From Candidatus Latescibacterota bacterium (GTDB taxonomy: Bacteria; Latescibacterota; UBA2968; UBA8231): 64,000 nt of DNA. Below the pieces are notes generated by a model. That model did no database searches and was not told the origin of the DNA. It saw only the letters and a list, made by a program, of their open reading frames with translations. Positions 1-9,275 of this stretch are shown here, in pieces. A program made the position numbers and the translations under genes. The stretch spans positions 4,672,001-4,736,000 of the forward strand of contig OZ220089.1 of assembly GCA_964291625.2 (NCBI GenBank), read 5' to 3'. Numbering within the stretch: position 1 is the first letter of the stretch; each line of letters starts with the position of its first letter.

Positions 1-2705
1 GAGGCGTTGGCCGACACGACCTCCGGCTCCTCCGCATCGTCCCGGAAGGCGAGGACCCGCAGGGGCGGCATGCGGCGGTCCTTCCACAGGTGGGTGGGGT
101 CGACCTCGAGGGGCTCCTCGCAGTCGAGGGGGTAGACGTCGATCACCCAGTCCTCGTGGGTGAGGACGGCGGCGCCGTCGAGGGTCAGGGGGCCCATGGT
201 CATGCGTTGGCCCCGGGTGTCGCAGTAGAGATACTCGGCACAGGCGGCGTAGTCGATCCGCCCCGATCCGGCATCGGCCGAATAGACGAGGAGGCCGCCG
301 GGGCCCCGGGCGAGGAAGGAGGCCGGCGGCAGACGGTAGGCAGTCTCCTCGTCCGCCTGGATGACCCAATCCTCCTCGCGGGCGCCGTTGACGTGGACCT
401 GCAGGCCGTTGGCGTAGACCACGCGGATCTGGCTGAGCTCGTGGGCGCCGGCCACCAGGGCCTCGGTGGTCTCGAGCAGGTTGCCGCCGCGCTGGTAGTG
501 GATCGATTCGGGCTTCACCCCCAGGTAGTGGTCCTGGAGAGCGTGCAGCATGTAGTAGGTCTTGGCCACCGCCGGCAGGCCCCATCGCTCCAGGTCGGGC
601 AGCAGCCCGGCGTGGCCGTAGGCGATGACGGCGGCCAGGTAGCGGTCGAACCAGGCGCTGCGGGCGTGGCGTTCCTCCGTGGGGATCGTCTCGCCGAAAT
701 ACTCCTCCGGGGCGCCGAGGCCGGCGTCGGTCTGGCGGTCGTGCAGCCAGCCCAGGGCGAAGTCGACGAGGAGCGGCTGCTGCGCCGGGGACTCGCCCCG
801 GAGACAGCCCACCGCGCCCGAGAGCTGGCCGGCGTACAGCCAGTGGTTGCCGCCGTCGGCCACCACCGGAACGTCCTGCCGGCTGAGGGCGGCGAGCAGC
901 TCCTGCTCGCACTGCCAGGTGTGGCGGAAGCTCGCGGGCGCCGCCAGGCGGACGTCCCGGTCGAGACGGGCCCAGGGCGGCGCGGCGGCGTGATCGGTGA
1001 GGTACACCGCCGAGGCCCCGTAGCGCTCGACGAGCCGCTCGACGCGTCCCGGGGCCAGGGACGCGGCCGCGTCCGGCTTGAGCAGGTAGCGCCCCGGGCC
1101 GGTCACCGTGTAGTCGCCCGACTCGTCGAGGGCGGCGGGGGCCTCCGGCCACGCCTCGTCGAGGGGGGAGATCTGCCGGAAGGAGGCGTTCACGGCGTAC
1201 TCGTAGCCGAGCTCGCGGACCGCCTCGAGGTACTCCAGGAGGGCGTCGTCGCCGCCCTTGGCCTCGGCTCCCACCGTGTCGATGGCCGGGCCCCCGAGGC
1301 CGTCGTGCCAGGTCGACTCGGGATGGAGCACGAGCAGGTCGCGCAGGCCGACCTGGCGGTACATGCGCAGGCGCTCGTAGGCCTCGATGTAGGCCTCCTC
1401 CCCCGCTTCCATCTCCGGCAGCTGGCACCAGATCGACCGCTTGGAGAGCGGCGCCGGCCCCTTGGCCTCGTCCACCTGGGGACGGGACGGCAGGACCTCC
1501 TCGAACCGCCGCGACACCGTGAGGAGCCAGCGCTCGTGCAGGGTGGCCCGGCGGCCGTCGGAAGCGGGCAGGTACCGGCAGCCGCCGTTCAGGTGCATGA
1601 GCTGGTCGGCCTCGGCGGGGGCGGCGTGCAGGGAGGAGGCCCGGGACCGGCACCAGTCGAGACAGCTGCTGACGAAGACGCCGGAGGTGCACAGCACGTT
1701 GGGCTGCCGGTCTCCGAGATTGAGGTAGGGGACCTGAATCAGGCGCGGATGGATCGCTCCCACCACGTACCCGAGCTCGACACCGGAGGCCCGGCCGCCG
1801 CCGCCTTCGAGCTCGACGACGAGCGACTTGCTCTGGATGTGGATCCGGTAGAGAAAGTCTGCCAGCTCGCTCCCCCGGCGAAACTGCCACCGCGCCTCGA
1901 CGGCGTCGCCCACCCGCTCGCAGCTGACGAAGTGGCGCTCGATCTCCTCGTCCTCGGGGCTCCACTCCCGCCCTTCCATGGAGACGGTGATGCCGCCGTC
2001 CTCGGCCAGCTTGATGGCGTCGCTGTTGTTGATCTCCACCTCGAAGTCGGAGAGGTTCCCCTCGATCGGGGTGTACACGTAGCGCACCACCGCCGACAGG
2101 GAACGCGCCTCGAAGACGAAGGAGATGCCGTCCTTCTGGATGGAATTCGTCACCTCCTCGGAGGTGGAGGGCTGCATCGAGGCGGGCTCTCCCGAGGCCG
2201 CCGGCGGGAGGGGCTGGGTGTCCTCCGCCTCGAAGGCGAGCCCCGAGAGGGTGATGTCGGCGGTCTCGCGGTGAAAGATGCCGCGGATCGCCAGCCCGGC
2301 GACGCTCGCCCCCGAGGGCAGGGTGCGGCGCAGCAGGTGACGGCCGGAGAAGTCGAGCCGGCCCATCGAGCGCTCCCGGCCTTCGCCCAGGAGGACGAAG
2401 AGCTCGGGCGCCTGGGCGTCGCCGGGGCCGGGGGCCTCGATCCACAGCCGGAGGGCGGCCGTGCCGGCGGGAACGGGGAGTGGGTGCGGGGCTCCGACGA
2501 CGGCTTCGCCGGCGCCGGTGCAGGAGATGAGGAGGCCGGTCTCACCCTCGGGCGAGGCCTCGCCCGACAGTCCTTCCCGGAAGTCGACCTCCCAGGAGCC
2601 GGCATCCTCCACCGGGGAAAGGCCGGGCTCCGGCTCCGGTCCCGCCTCGGCGGGACCGGGACGTCTGGCAGTCTCGATCTCCTCGCCGAGGTGAGAAAGC
2701 GTCAT
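1..2705 (-). CDS. Large hypothetical protein (>900 aa, 3' end runs off the window), possible GH101/GH129/DUF5696-like TIM-barrel domain
   Basis: Absent from the ORF track because there is no stop in the window. My translation is open from ATG 2705 (MTLSHLGEEIE...) to position 3 (...EEPEVVSANA) with host-like codon usage. The + strand ORF 90..2858 is its in-register antisense shadow. Motifs GGDDALLEYLEAVRELGYEY, YLTDHAAAPPW, ADGGNHWLYAG. Confidence 0.8.
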   Translation of the reverse strand, partial: MTLSHLGEEIETARRPGPAEAGPEPEPGLSPVEDAGSWEVDFREGLSGEASPEGETGLLISCTGAGEAVVGAPHPLPVPAGTAALRLWIEAPGPGDAQAPELFVLLGEGRERSMGRLDFSGRHLLRRTLPSGASVAGLAIRGIFHRETADITLSGLAFEAEDTQPLPPAASGEPASMQPSTSEEVTNSIQKDGISFVFEARSLSAVVRYVYTPIEGNLSDFEVEINNSDAIKLAEDGGITVSMEGREWSPEDEEIERHFVSCERVGDAVEARWQFRRGSELADFLYRIHIQSKSLVVELEGGGGRASGVELGYVVGAIHPRLIQVPYLNLGDRQPNVLCTSGVFVSSCLDWCRSRASSLHAAPAEADQLMHLNGGCRYLPASDGRRATLHERWLLTVSRRFEEVLPSRPQVDEAKGPAPLSKRSIWCQLPEMEAGEEAYIEAYERLRMYRQVGLRDLLVLHPESTWHDGLGGPAIDTVGAEAKGGDDALLEYLEAVRELGYEYAVNASFRQISPLDEAWPEAPAALDESGDYTVTGPGRYLLKPDAAASLAPGRVERLVERYGASAVYLTDHAAAPPWARLDRDVRLAAPASFRHTWQCEQELLAALSRQDVPVVADGGNHWLYAGQLSGAVGCLRGESPAQQPLLVDFALGWLHDRQTDAGLGAPEEYFGETIPTEERHARSAWFDRYLAAVIAYGHAGLLPDLERWGLPAVAKTYYMLHALQDHYLGVKPESIHYQRGGNLLETTEALVAGAHELSQIRVVYANGLQVHVNGAREEDWVIQADEETAYRLPPASFLARGPGGLLVYSADAGSGRIDYAACAEYLYCDTRGQRMTMGPLTLDGAAVLTHEDWVIDVYPLDCEEPLEVDPTHLWKDRRMPPLRVLAFRDDAEEPEVVSANA

Positions 2706-2771
2706 GACATCCTTCTGATTTGCGGGGGCTGCCGGGCGGCAGGTGAATTCGGTTCCGAACAGAAACAGAGG

Positions 2772-2799
2772 AAGCTAGACGTTCTCCTCGGGGTGTCAA
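2772..2799 (-). promoter_or_regulatory. sigma70-type promoter for the large minus-strand gene
   Basis: TTGACA (2799-2794), 16-nt spacer, TAGCTT (2777-2772) on the minus strand; the -35 box is flanked by an 11-bp inverted repeat. Confidence 0.55.
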
Positions 2800-2914
2800 G
2801 CAGATCGGACCCCGAGGAGCCTCATCCCGGGGTCTCCTCCATTTGTCGACAAGGTTGATATGCAGGGGGCTAATCGATTGCGGAAGAATGAATTGAACGC
2901 ATGTCGATACTGGT

Positions 2915-2943
2915 TTGACAGGAGCGGGGGACACCCATAGACT
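2915..2943 (+). promoter_or_regulatory. sigma70-type promoter for lepA (probably leaderless)
   Basis: TTGACA 2915-2920, 17-nt spacer, TAGACT 2938-2943, then 7 nt to ATG 2951; no Shine-Dalgarno. Confidence 0.65.
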
Positions 2944-2950
2944 CGCTGTC

Positions 2951-4753
2951 ATGGATCGCTCCCGCATCCGCAACTTCTGCATCATCGCCCACATCGACCA
3001 CGGCAAGTCCACCCTCGCCGACCGCCTTCTGGAGAGGACGCAGACCCTGGGCGCCGAGCAGATGCAGGCCCAGGTCCTCGACAGCATGGACCTCGAGCGC
3101 GAACGCGGGATCACGATCAAGGCCCACGCCGTGCGCATGCAGTACCGGGCCGCCGACGGCGGGGAGTACCAGCTGAACCTCATCGACACGCCGGGGCACG
3201 TCGATTTCACCTACGAGGTCTCCCGCAGCCTGGCCGCCTGCGAGGGCGCCATCCTCGTCGTCGACGCCACCCAGGGCGTCGAGGCGCAGACGGTGAGCAA
3301 CCTGCTGCTGGCCATGGACCACGACCTGGCGGTCATCCCCTGCGTCAACAAGATCGACGTGGCGGGGGCCGACGTGGCCGCCGTGGAGCAGCAGATCCTC
3401 GATCTCATCGGCGGCGACCGCGCCGAGATCCTGCCGATCAGCGCCAAGGAGGGAACCGGCGTCGAAGAGGTGCTGGCGGCGGTGGTCGAGCGCATCCCGG
3501 CGGCGGCGGGCTCGGCGGAGGCCCCGCTCCGGGCGCTGGTCTTCGACTCCCTCTACGACAACTTCCGCGGCGTGATCTGCTTCATCCGCATCGTCGACGG
3601 CTCCATCAGGAGGGGGCAGCGCGTGCGCTTCCACTCCACGGGCCGCGAGTACGAGGTGGAGGAGATCGGCATCCTGCGCCTGGGTCGGTTCGCCGCCGAG
3701 GAGATGGGGACGGGCGAGGTCGGCTATCTCATCGCCGGAGTGCGCGATCTCGGCGAGGCCCGTGTCGGAGACACGGTGATGGAGGCCGGGAGTCCCGGCG
3801 AGATCGAGCCCCTGCCGGGGTACCAGCCCCTCAAGCCGATGGTGTTCTCGGGCCTCTTCCCGGTCGACGCCGACGCCCACGCCGATCTGCGGGGCGCCCT
3901 GGAGCGCCTGCGGCTCAACGACGCGGCCTTCACCTTCGAGCCCGAGAACTCGCCGGCCCTGGGCTTCGGCTTCCGCTGCGGCTTCCTCGGTCTCCTGCAC
4001 ATGGAGATCGTGCAGGAGCGCATCGACCGGGAGTACCGGATCGACCTGATCACCACCCTGCCCAACGTCCGTTACGAGGTCCTGCGCACGGACGGCAGCA
4101 GGCTCGAGGTGGAGAACCCCGCCCACCTGCCGCCTCCCGGCGAGATCGACGAGATCCGCGAGCCGATCCTCGAGGCGCAGATGCTGGTGCCCGCCGGGTA
4201 CATCGGCCCGGTGATGCAGGTCTGCAACGAGCGCCGGGGCTCCTACCGGAACACGGAGTACCTCGACGCCAGCCGCGCCATCCTCCACTACGACCTGCCC
4301 CTGGCCGAGGTCGTCGTCGACTTCTACGACCGACTCAAGTCCGTGTCCCGGGGATACGCCTCCTTCGACTACGAGCACAAGGAGATGCGGGCCGGGCCCC
4401 TGGTCCGCCTCGACATCCTGATCAACGGCGACCTCCTCGACGCCCTGGCGGTGATCATCCACCGCGACAAGGCCTACGAGTGGGGCCGGCGCCTGTGCTC
4501 CAAGCTCAAGGAGCTGATCCCGCGGCAGATGTTCGAGGTGGCCATCCAGGCGGCCATCGGCAACAAGATCATCTCCCGGGAGAGCGTGAAGCCCTTCCGC
4601 AAGAACGTGATCGCCAAGTGCTACGGAGGCGACGTGACGCGCAAGCGCAAGCTCCTGGAGCGGCAGAAGGAGGGCAAGAAGCGGATGAAGCAGGTGGGCA
4701 GCGTGGAGATTCCGCAGGAAGCCTTCCTGGCGGCCCTGCAGCTCGAGGAATAG
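2951..4753 (+). CDS. lepA: Elongation factor 4 (LepA)
   Basis: IRNFCIIAHIDHGKSTLADRL, ERERGITIK, DTPGHVDF, C-terminal KCYGGDVTRKRKLLERQKEGKKRMK. Confidence 0.98.
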   Translation: MDRSRIRNFCIIAHIDHGKSTLADRLLERTQTLGAEQMQAQVLDSMDLERERGITIKAHAVRMQYRAADGGEYQLNLIDTPGHVDFTYEVSRSLAACEGAILVVDATQGVEAQTVSNLLLAMDHDLAVIPCVNKIDVAGADVAAVEQQILDLIGGDRAEILPISAKEGTGVEEVLAAVVERIPAAAGSAEAPLRALVFDSLYDNFRGVICFIRIVDGSIRRGQRVRFHSTGREYEVEEIGILRLGRFAAEEMGTGEVGYLIAGVRDLGEARVGDTVMEAGSPGEIEPLPGYQPLKPMVFSGLFPVDADAHADLRGALERLRLNDAAFTFEPENSPALGFGFRCGFLGLLHMEIVQERIDREYRIDLITTLPNVRYEVLRTDGSRLEVENPAHLPPPGEIDEIREPILEAQMLVPAGYIGPVMQVCNERRGSYRNTEYLDASRAILHYDLPLAEVVVDFYDRLKSVSRGYASFDYEHKEMRAGPLVRLDILINGDLLDALAVIIHRDKAYEWGRRLCSKLKELIPRQMFEVAIQAAIGNKIISRESVKPFRKNVIAKCYGGDVTRKRKLLERQKEGKKRMKQVGSVEIPQEAFLAALQLEE

Positions 4754-4768
4754 CGGCCGGGGACCGCC

Positions 4769-5457
4769 ATGGCGAAGAGGAAGTCCTCCCGCACCCGGCG
4801 CCGGAGATCGAAGGGGTCCCGTTCCCGCCGGCGTTCCCTCCTCCGGACCCTGGTCCTGGCCGGCCTCGGCCTGGTGGTGGTGAACACCCTCTTCCTGGGA
4901 GGGCATCCCGTGCGCGCCGGGGGCATGGAGGACACCCTGATGCCCGGGGACCGCCTGCTCTTCGAGAGGGTGACCTACGGCATGCCCATCCCCCTCGTCG
5001 GCGCCCTGCCCGCCCTCGGAGAGCCGTCGCCCGGAGACCTCGTCCTCTTCCGCGTCCCGGGCGAGCCGTACCGGACCTACCTGCAGCGCTGTGTCGCCGT
5101 GGCCGGTCAGAGCGTCGAGATCAGGGACAAGGCGGTATTCGTCGACGGCGAGCGGTTCCCGGACCCCCCCCGGTCCAAGCACCTCGACCCCCGCATCCTG
5201 CCCGGCGGGGCAGCCGCCGGGACAACCTGGGCCCGGAGCGGGTGCCGCCGGGCCACCTCTTCGTCATGGGCGACAACCGCGACCGCAGCCGCGACAGCCG
5301 GCAGTGGGGGTTCCTGCCGGTGGCCAACGTCGTCGGCCGGCCCCTGGCCGTCTGGTTTTCGGCCGAGCCCGCCGCCACGGATGGGCGCCTGCTGGCCGGC
5401 CTGGCGAGCCTGCCCGGCCGCCTGCGCTGGGGCCGGCTCGGGGCGGCGGCGCGATGA
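4769..5457 (+). pseudogene. lepB: Signal peptidase I (S26) homologue; frameshifted near 5207-5210 and lacking the catalytic Ser and Lys
   Basis: N-half in frame 4769 (basic N-terminus, TM, AGGMEDTLMPGD, YLQRCVAVAG). C-half in frame 4480 (VPPGHLFVMGDNRDRSRDSRQWGFLP). Lies between lepA and hemW; stop overlaps the hemW start (ATGA). The frameshift may be a sequencing error. Confidence 0.8.
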
Positions 5458-6617
5458 CGGCATCCCCCCGGCGGCCCTTCGGCCTCTACGTCCACGTCCC
5501 CTTCTGCCCGCAGCGGTGCCCGTACTGCGCCTTCTCCGTGGTCACCGGGCGGCGGGCCGAGGAGGGTCTCTACGTCGACCGCCTGTGCGGCGAGATCGAG
5601 ACCTGGGCCCGCCTCGGGGACCGCGGCGGGCTCGATACCGTGTTCTTCGGGGGCGGCACCCCCAGCCGCCTGGACCCGCGCCTCCTGGGCAGGATCCTCG
5701 AGACCGCCGACCGTTTCCTGGGCCTGCGCCGCGGTGTCGAGGTTACCTGCGAGGCCAACCCCTCCACGGCGGAGGCCGGCCGCTTCCGGGACCTCCGGCG
5801 CGCCGGGGTGACCCGGCTGAGCCTCGGCGTGCAGTCCCTGCGCGACAGCAGCCTGCGCCGGCTGGGCCGCGCCCACGACGCCGCCGAGGCCGGGCGCGCC
5901 TACGGCGTCGCCCGCGCCGCCGGCTTCGACAGCGTCGGCATGGACCTCATCTTCAGCATCCCCGGGGCCGCCGCCGCCGACTGGGAGCATACCGTCAAGC
6001 GGGCCATCGCCCTGGCCCCGGACCACCTCTCCGCCTACGCCCTGACAGTGGAGGAGGGCACGGCCTTCGCCCGGCGCCGGGCCGCGGGAGACCTGCCGGA
6101 GGTCGGCGAGGCCGAGGACGAGGAGGCCTGGTTCCACGCCGTGGAGAGCTTCGCCGCCGCCGGGTACGAGCACTACGAGATCTCCAATTTCGCGCGTCCG
6201 GGCCACCGCTGCGCCCACAACTGGGACGCCTGGACGGGCGGCGAGTACGTCGGCGTGGGGGTGTCGGCCCACAGCTTCCTCGAGGGCCGGCGGTTCTGGA
6301 ACACCCCCGACTTCGACGACTACCTCCAGCGGATGGCCGCCCGGGGCAGCGCCCGCGCCGGGGAGGAGCCTCCGGACGAGGAGCGATGTCGCCGCGACCG
6401 GCTGTGGCTCGGGCTGCGGACCTGCGCCGGCGTCGAGCTCGAGGCGGAGGAGAGCCGCAGGCTCGCCGCCTCGGCCCTGTGGCCGCGGCTGCGAGCCCAC
6501 GGCCACGCCACCCTCGATGGCCGGTGCCTCCGGCTGACGGAGCGCGGCTTCGCCGTGGCCGATGCCGTCGCCGCGGCGGTTTCCGACGAGGTGCGCTCCC
6601 GGGCCGAGGCGGCCTGA
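5454..6617 (+). CDS. hemW: Radical SAM heme chaperone HemW (HemN-like)
   Basis: LYVHVPFCPQRCPYCAF, FFGGGTPS, YEHYEISNFARPG; usual lepA-neighbourhood gene. Confidence 0.9.
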   Translation: MTASPRRPFGLYVHVPFCPQRCPYCAFSVVTGRRAEEGLYVDRLCGEIETWARLGDRGGLDTVFFGGGTPSRLDPRLLGRILETADRFLGLRRGVEVTCEANPSTAEAGRFRDLRRAGVTRLSLGVQSLRDSSLRRLGRAHDAAEAGRAYGVARAAGFDSVGMDLIFSIPGAAAADWEHTVKRAIALAPDHLSAYALTVEEGTAFARRRAAGDLPEVGEAEDEEAWFHAVESFAAAGYEHYEISNFARPGHRCAHNWDAWTGGEYVGVGVSAHSFLEGRRFWNTPDFDDYLQRMAARGSARAGEEPPDEERCRRDRLWLGLRTCAGVELEAEESRRLAASALWPRLRAHGHATLDGRCLRLTERGFAVADAVAAAVSDEVRSRAEAA

Positions 6618-6626
6618 CGGGGACCG

Positions 6627-7559
6627 GTGTCCGAGATCCGCATCCGCGTGCCCGCCACCAGCGCCAACCTCGGCCCGGGGCTCGACGCCTTCGGCCTGGC
6701 CCTGGGGCTGTATCTCGACCTGACGGTGCAACGGCTGGAGTCCCGCAGCCGCCCGGCGGCCATCACCGCCGCCCTCGAGGGAGAGGGGGCGGAGGACCTG
6801 CCGACGGGGGAGCGGAACGCCGTCGTCAGGGCCCTGCGCGCCGCCCTCCGGGCGGGGGGCTACGAAGGGCCGGACCTGGGCCTGCGCTCGGCGAACGGGA
6901 TCCCCCTGGCGCGCGGACTCGGCAGCAGCGCCGCCGCCGTGGTGGCCGGCGCCGCGGCGGGGCAGATGCTCTGCGCCGGCCGCGTGGACGCCCACTGGCT
7001 GCTCGAGCACGGCCGGGGATCGGAGGGGCACGCCGACAATGTCGGGCCCTGCCTGTACGGGGGGTTCACCATCGTCTCCGGGTCGGGTCCCGGCCTCGCG
7101 TGCACGCGCTTCGAGCCGCCGGGCGGCCTGGCGGTGGCCGTGGCCGTTCCCGAGTTCGAGTTGCCCACGGCCGACTCCCGCCGGTCCCTGCCGGCCGTCG
7201 TTCCCCGGGCCGACGCGGTGAACGCCGCCGCCCGGGCCAGCCTGGTGGCGGCGGCCCTGGCCACGGGCCGCCTCGACCTGCTGGGGCCCGGCATGGAGGA
7301 CGAGCGACTGCACGAGCCCTACCGCAGCGGCCAGGTGCCGGGTCTGGCGGCGGTGCGCACCGCCGCCCTCGGCGCCGGCGCCTTCGGAGCCGCCCTCAGC
7401 GGCGCCGGTCCGTCGGTCCTGGCCTTCGTGCCCGAGGGCGCCCAGGAAGGAGTGGGAGCCGCCATGGAGGCGGCCTGGGCGGAGGCGGGTGTGAGGTCGC
7501 GGGCGCTGAGCCCGGCCGTGGACACGGAGGGCCTGCGGGCCGAAGAGCGGCAGGAGTGA
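6627..7559 (+). CDS. thrB: Homoserine kinase
   Basis: VPATSANLGPGLD, IPLARGLGSSAAA, EGHADN, LSGAGPS. Confidence 0.95.
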   Translation: MSEIRIRVPATSANLGPGLDAFGLALGLYLDLTVQRLESRSRPAAITAALEGEGAEDLPTGERNAVVRALRAALRAGGYEGPDLGLRSANGIPLARGLGSSAAAVVAGAAAGQMLCAGRVDAHWLLEHGRGSEGHADNVGPCLYGGFTIVSGSGPGLACTRFEPPGGLAVAVAVPEFELPTADSRRSLPAVVPRADAVNAAARASLVAAALATGRLDLLGPGMEDERLHEPYRSGQVPGLAAVRTAALGAGAFGAALSGAGPSVLAFVPEGAQEGVGAAMEAAWAEAGVRSRALSPAVDTEGLRAEERQE

Positions 7560-7563
7560 CGGC

Positions 7564-9273
7564 ATGACCGGCTGCAACCGATCCTGGATTCCCTTCGGGC
7601 TGTCCCTGGCGGCCCTCGTCATCGCCCCGGGGCCGGCCCCCGGCCAGGAGGTCAGGACGATCCGCATCCCCGCCGGCGCCGAGGGGGCGGAGGTGCAGGT
7701 GGAGGAACCGGAGGAGCCGGAGGAGCCCCTGCCAGAGGCGCTGATCGGGATCGACGCGTACGAGGAAGTCCTGCGCAGCGGCGGGTATCTCGTGGGCCCC
7801 GGCGACCGGTTCCTGGTCAAGATGCCCGAAGCGGAGGCCCCGGTGGAGGTCCGGGTCCTGGCCGAGGGCGGCCTGTTCATCCCGCGGATCGGCCGCGTCC
7901 AGGTGGGGGCGCGCCGGCTGCGCGAGGTCCGCGCCGTCCTGGACAGCGCCTATCGCGCCAACTTCATCGAGGGCCGGATCACGGCCGAGTTGAGCGCCCT
8001 GCGGCGCTTCCCGGTGACCGTCACCGGACTCGTGGAGGAACCCGGCGTCACCGTCGCCAACGGCGTGCTGCGGGTCGATGCCGTCCTCCGCCAGGTGAAG
8101 GGCCTCCTCGACGACGGCTCCAGGCGCAACATCCAGCTGATCCGCACCCACGGCCAGACGCCGGAGCGGCGGCGGCAGCTGCAGGCGTGGGCCCGGTCCG
8201 GGGACCTGGAGATCTTCGCCCGGATCGAGTCGAGGCGGGTCGATCTCGACTACTTCGAGCTCACGGGTATGTCGCGGTACAACCCCTTCGTCGAGGACGG
8301 GGACATCATCGTCGTGCCCTCCAGGCAGTACCCGGTGCGCACCATGGAGGCCTGGGTCAACCCGAGGATCGTCGAGTTCGTGCAGGGCGACCGGATCAGC
8401 GACCTGGCGACCTTGTCCATGGGGCCGGCGCCCAACATCGATCCGCAGGGAGTCTTCCTCTTCCGGTTCCACGACGACGGCCGGCGCCAGGCCTCCCGGC
8501 CGGTCGACCTGCAGGCGGCCTTGGCCGGCGATCCGGCGGCCGACCTCCCCCTGCAGCCCGGGGACTGGCTGGTGGCGCGCATGCGCCAGGGCTACCTGCA
8601 GGAGTCCACGGCCACGGTGACGGGCGAGGTGACGAGGCCGGGTCCCTACATCGTCGGGGTGGAGGGGGTGTCGCTGGTGCAGGTCATCGAGTGGGCCGGC
8701 GGGTTCACGCAGGAGGCCTCCCTCCCGGAGGCCCGTGTCGTGCGCCGTCTGCAGGAGGTCGACCGGGGCGACCCGGAGTTTCAGCGCATCCTGGCCATCC
8801 CCCCCGAGGCCTGGGACAAGGAGGAGAAGAGCTACTTCAACATGAAGAGCCGGGAGAAGAGGGGGCAGATGGTGGTCGACTTCGTGGCTCTCTTCCAGGA
8901 GGGCGACGAGTCCCAGAACATCCTCGTGCGCCGCGGGGACGTGATCACCATCCCGGCCTCCCGGCGGACGGTGCTGGTCTCCGGGCAGGCGGCCTATCCG
9001 GGGGCCGTTCCCTACGTCGAGAGCTACACCGTCACCGACTACATCACCCGCGCCGGCGGCTTCGGCTGGCAGGCGTCGGGAGAGGTGGAGGTCATCAAGG
9101 CGCGCACCGGAGAGCGGATGGGGGTGGAGGACGTGGAGAGGATCGAGCCGGGGGACCGCATCTGGGTCAAGGAGCAGCCGGCGCGGGACTACTGGCTGCT
9201 GTTCACCCAGGGAATCCAGGTCGCCAGCCAGGTGGCCACGGTGCTGCTCCTCTTCGTGACCTTGAGCAACTGA
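7564..9273 (+). CDS. Polysaccharide export protein with SLBB repeats (Wza/KpsD-like)
   Basis: Signal peptide, YLVGPGDRF (Poly_export), repeated V(T/S)GxVxxPG and AGGF SLBB motifs, C-terminal amphipathic helix. Confidence 0.85.
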   Translation: MTGCNRSWIPFGLSLAALVIAPGPAPGQEVRTIRIPAGAEGAEVQVEEPEEPEEPLPEALIGIDAYEEVLRSGGYLVGPGDRFLVKMPEAEAPVEVRVLAEGGLFIPRIGRVQVGARRLREVRAVLDSAYRANFIEGRITAELSALRRFPVTVTGLVEEPGVTVANGVLRVDAVLRQVKGLLDDGSRRNIQLIRTHGQTPERRRQLQAWARSGDLEIFARIESRRVDLDYFELTGMSRYNPFVEDGDIIVVPSRQYPVRTMEAWVNPRIVEFVQGDRISDLATLSMGPAPNIDPQGVFLFRFHDDGRRQASRPVDLQAALAGDPAADLPLQPGDWLVARMRQGYLQESTATVTGEVTRPGPYIVGVEGVSLVQVIEWAGGFTQEASLPEARVVRRLQEVDRGDPEFQRILAIPPEAWDKEEKSYFNMKSREKRGQMVVDFVALFQEGDESQNILVRRGDVITIPASRRTVLVSGQAAYPGAVPYVESYTVTDYITRAGGFGWQASGEVEVIKARTGERMGVEDVERIEPGDRIWVKEQPARDYWLLFTQGIQVASQVATVLLLFVTLSN

Positions 9274-9275
9274 GC

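Noticed and set aside
90-2858. 922-aa + strand ORF
   Set aside because: In-register antisense shadow of the real minus-strand gene; no recognisable motifs
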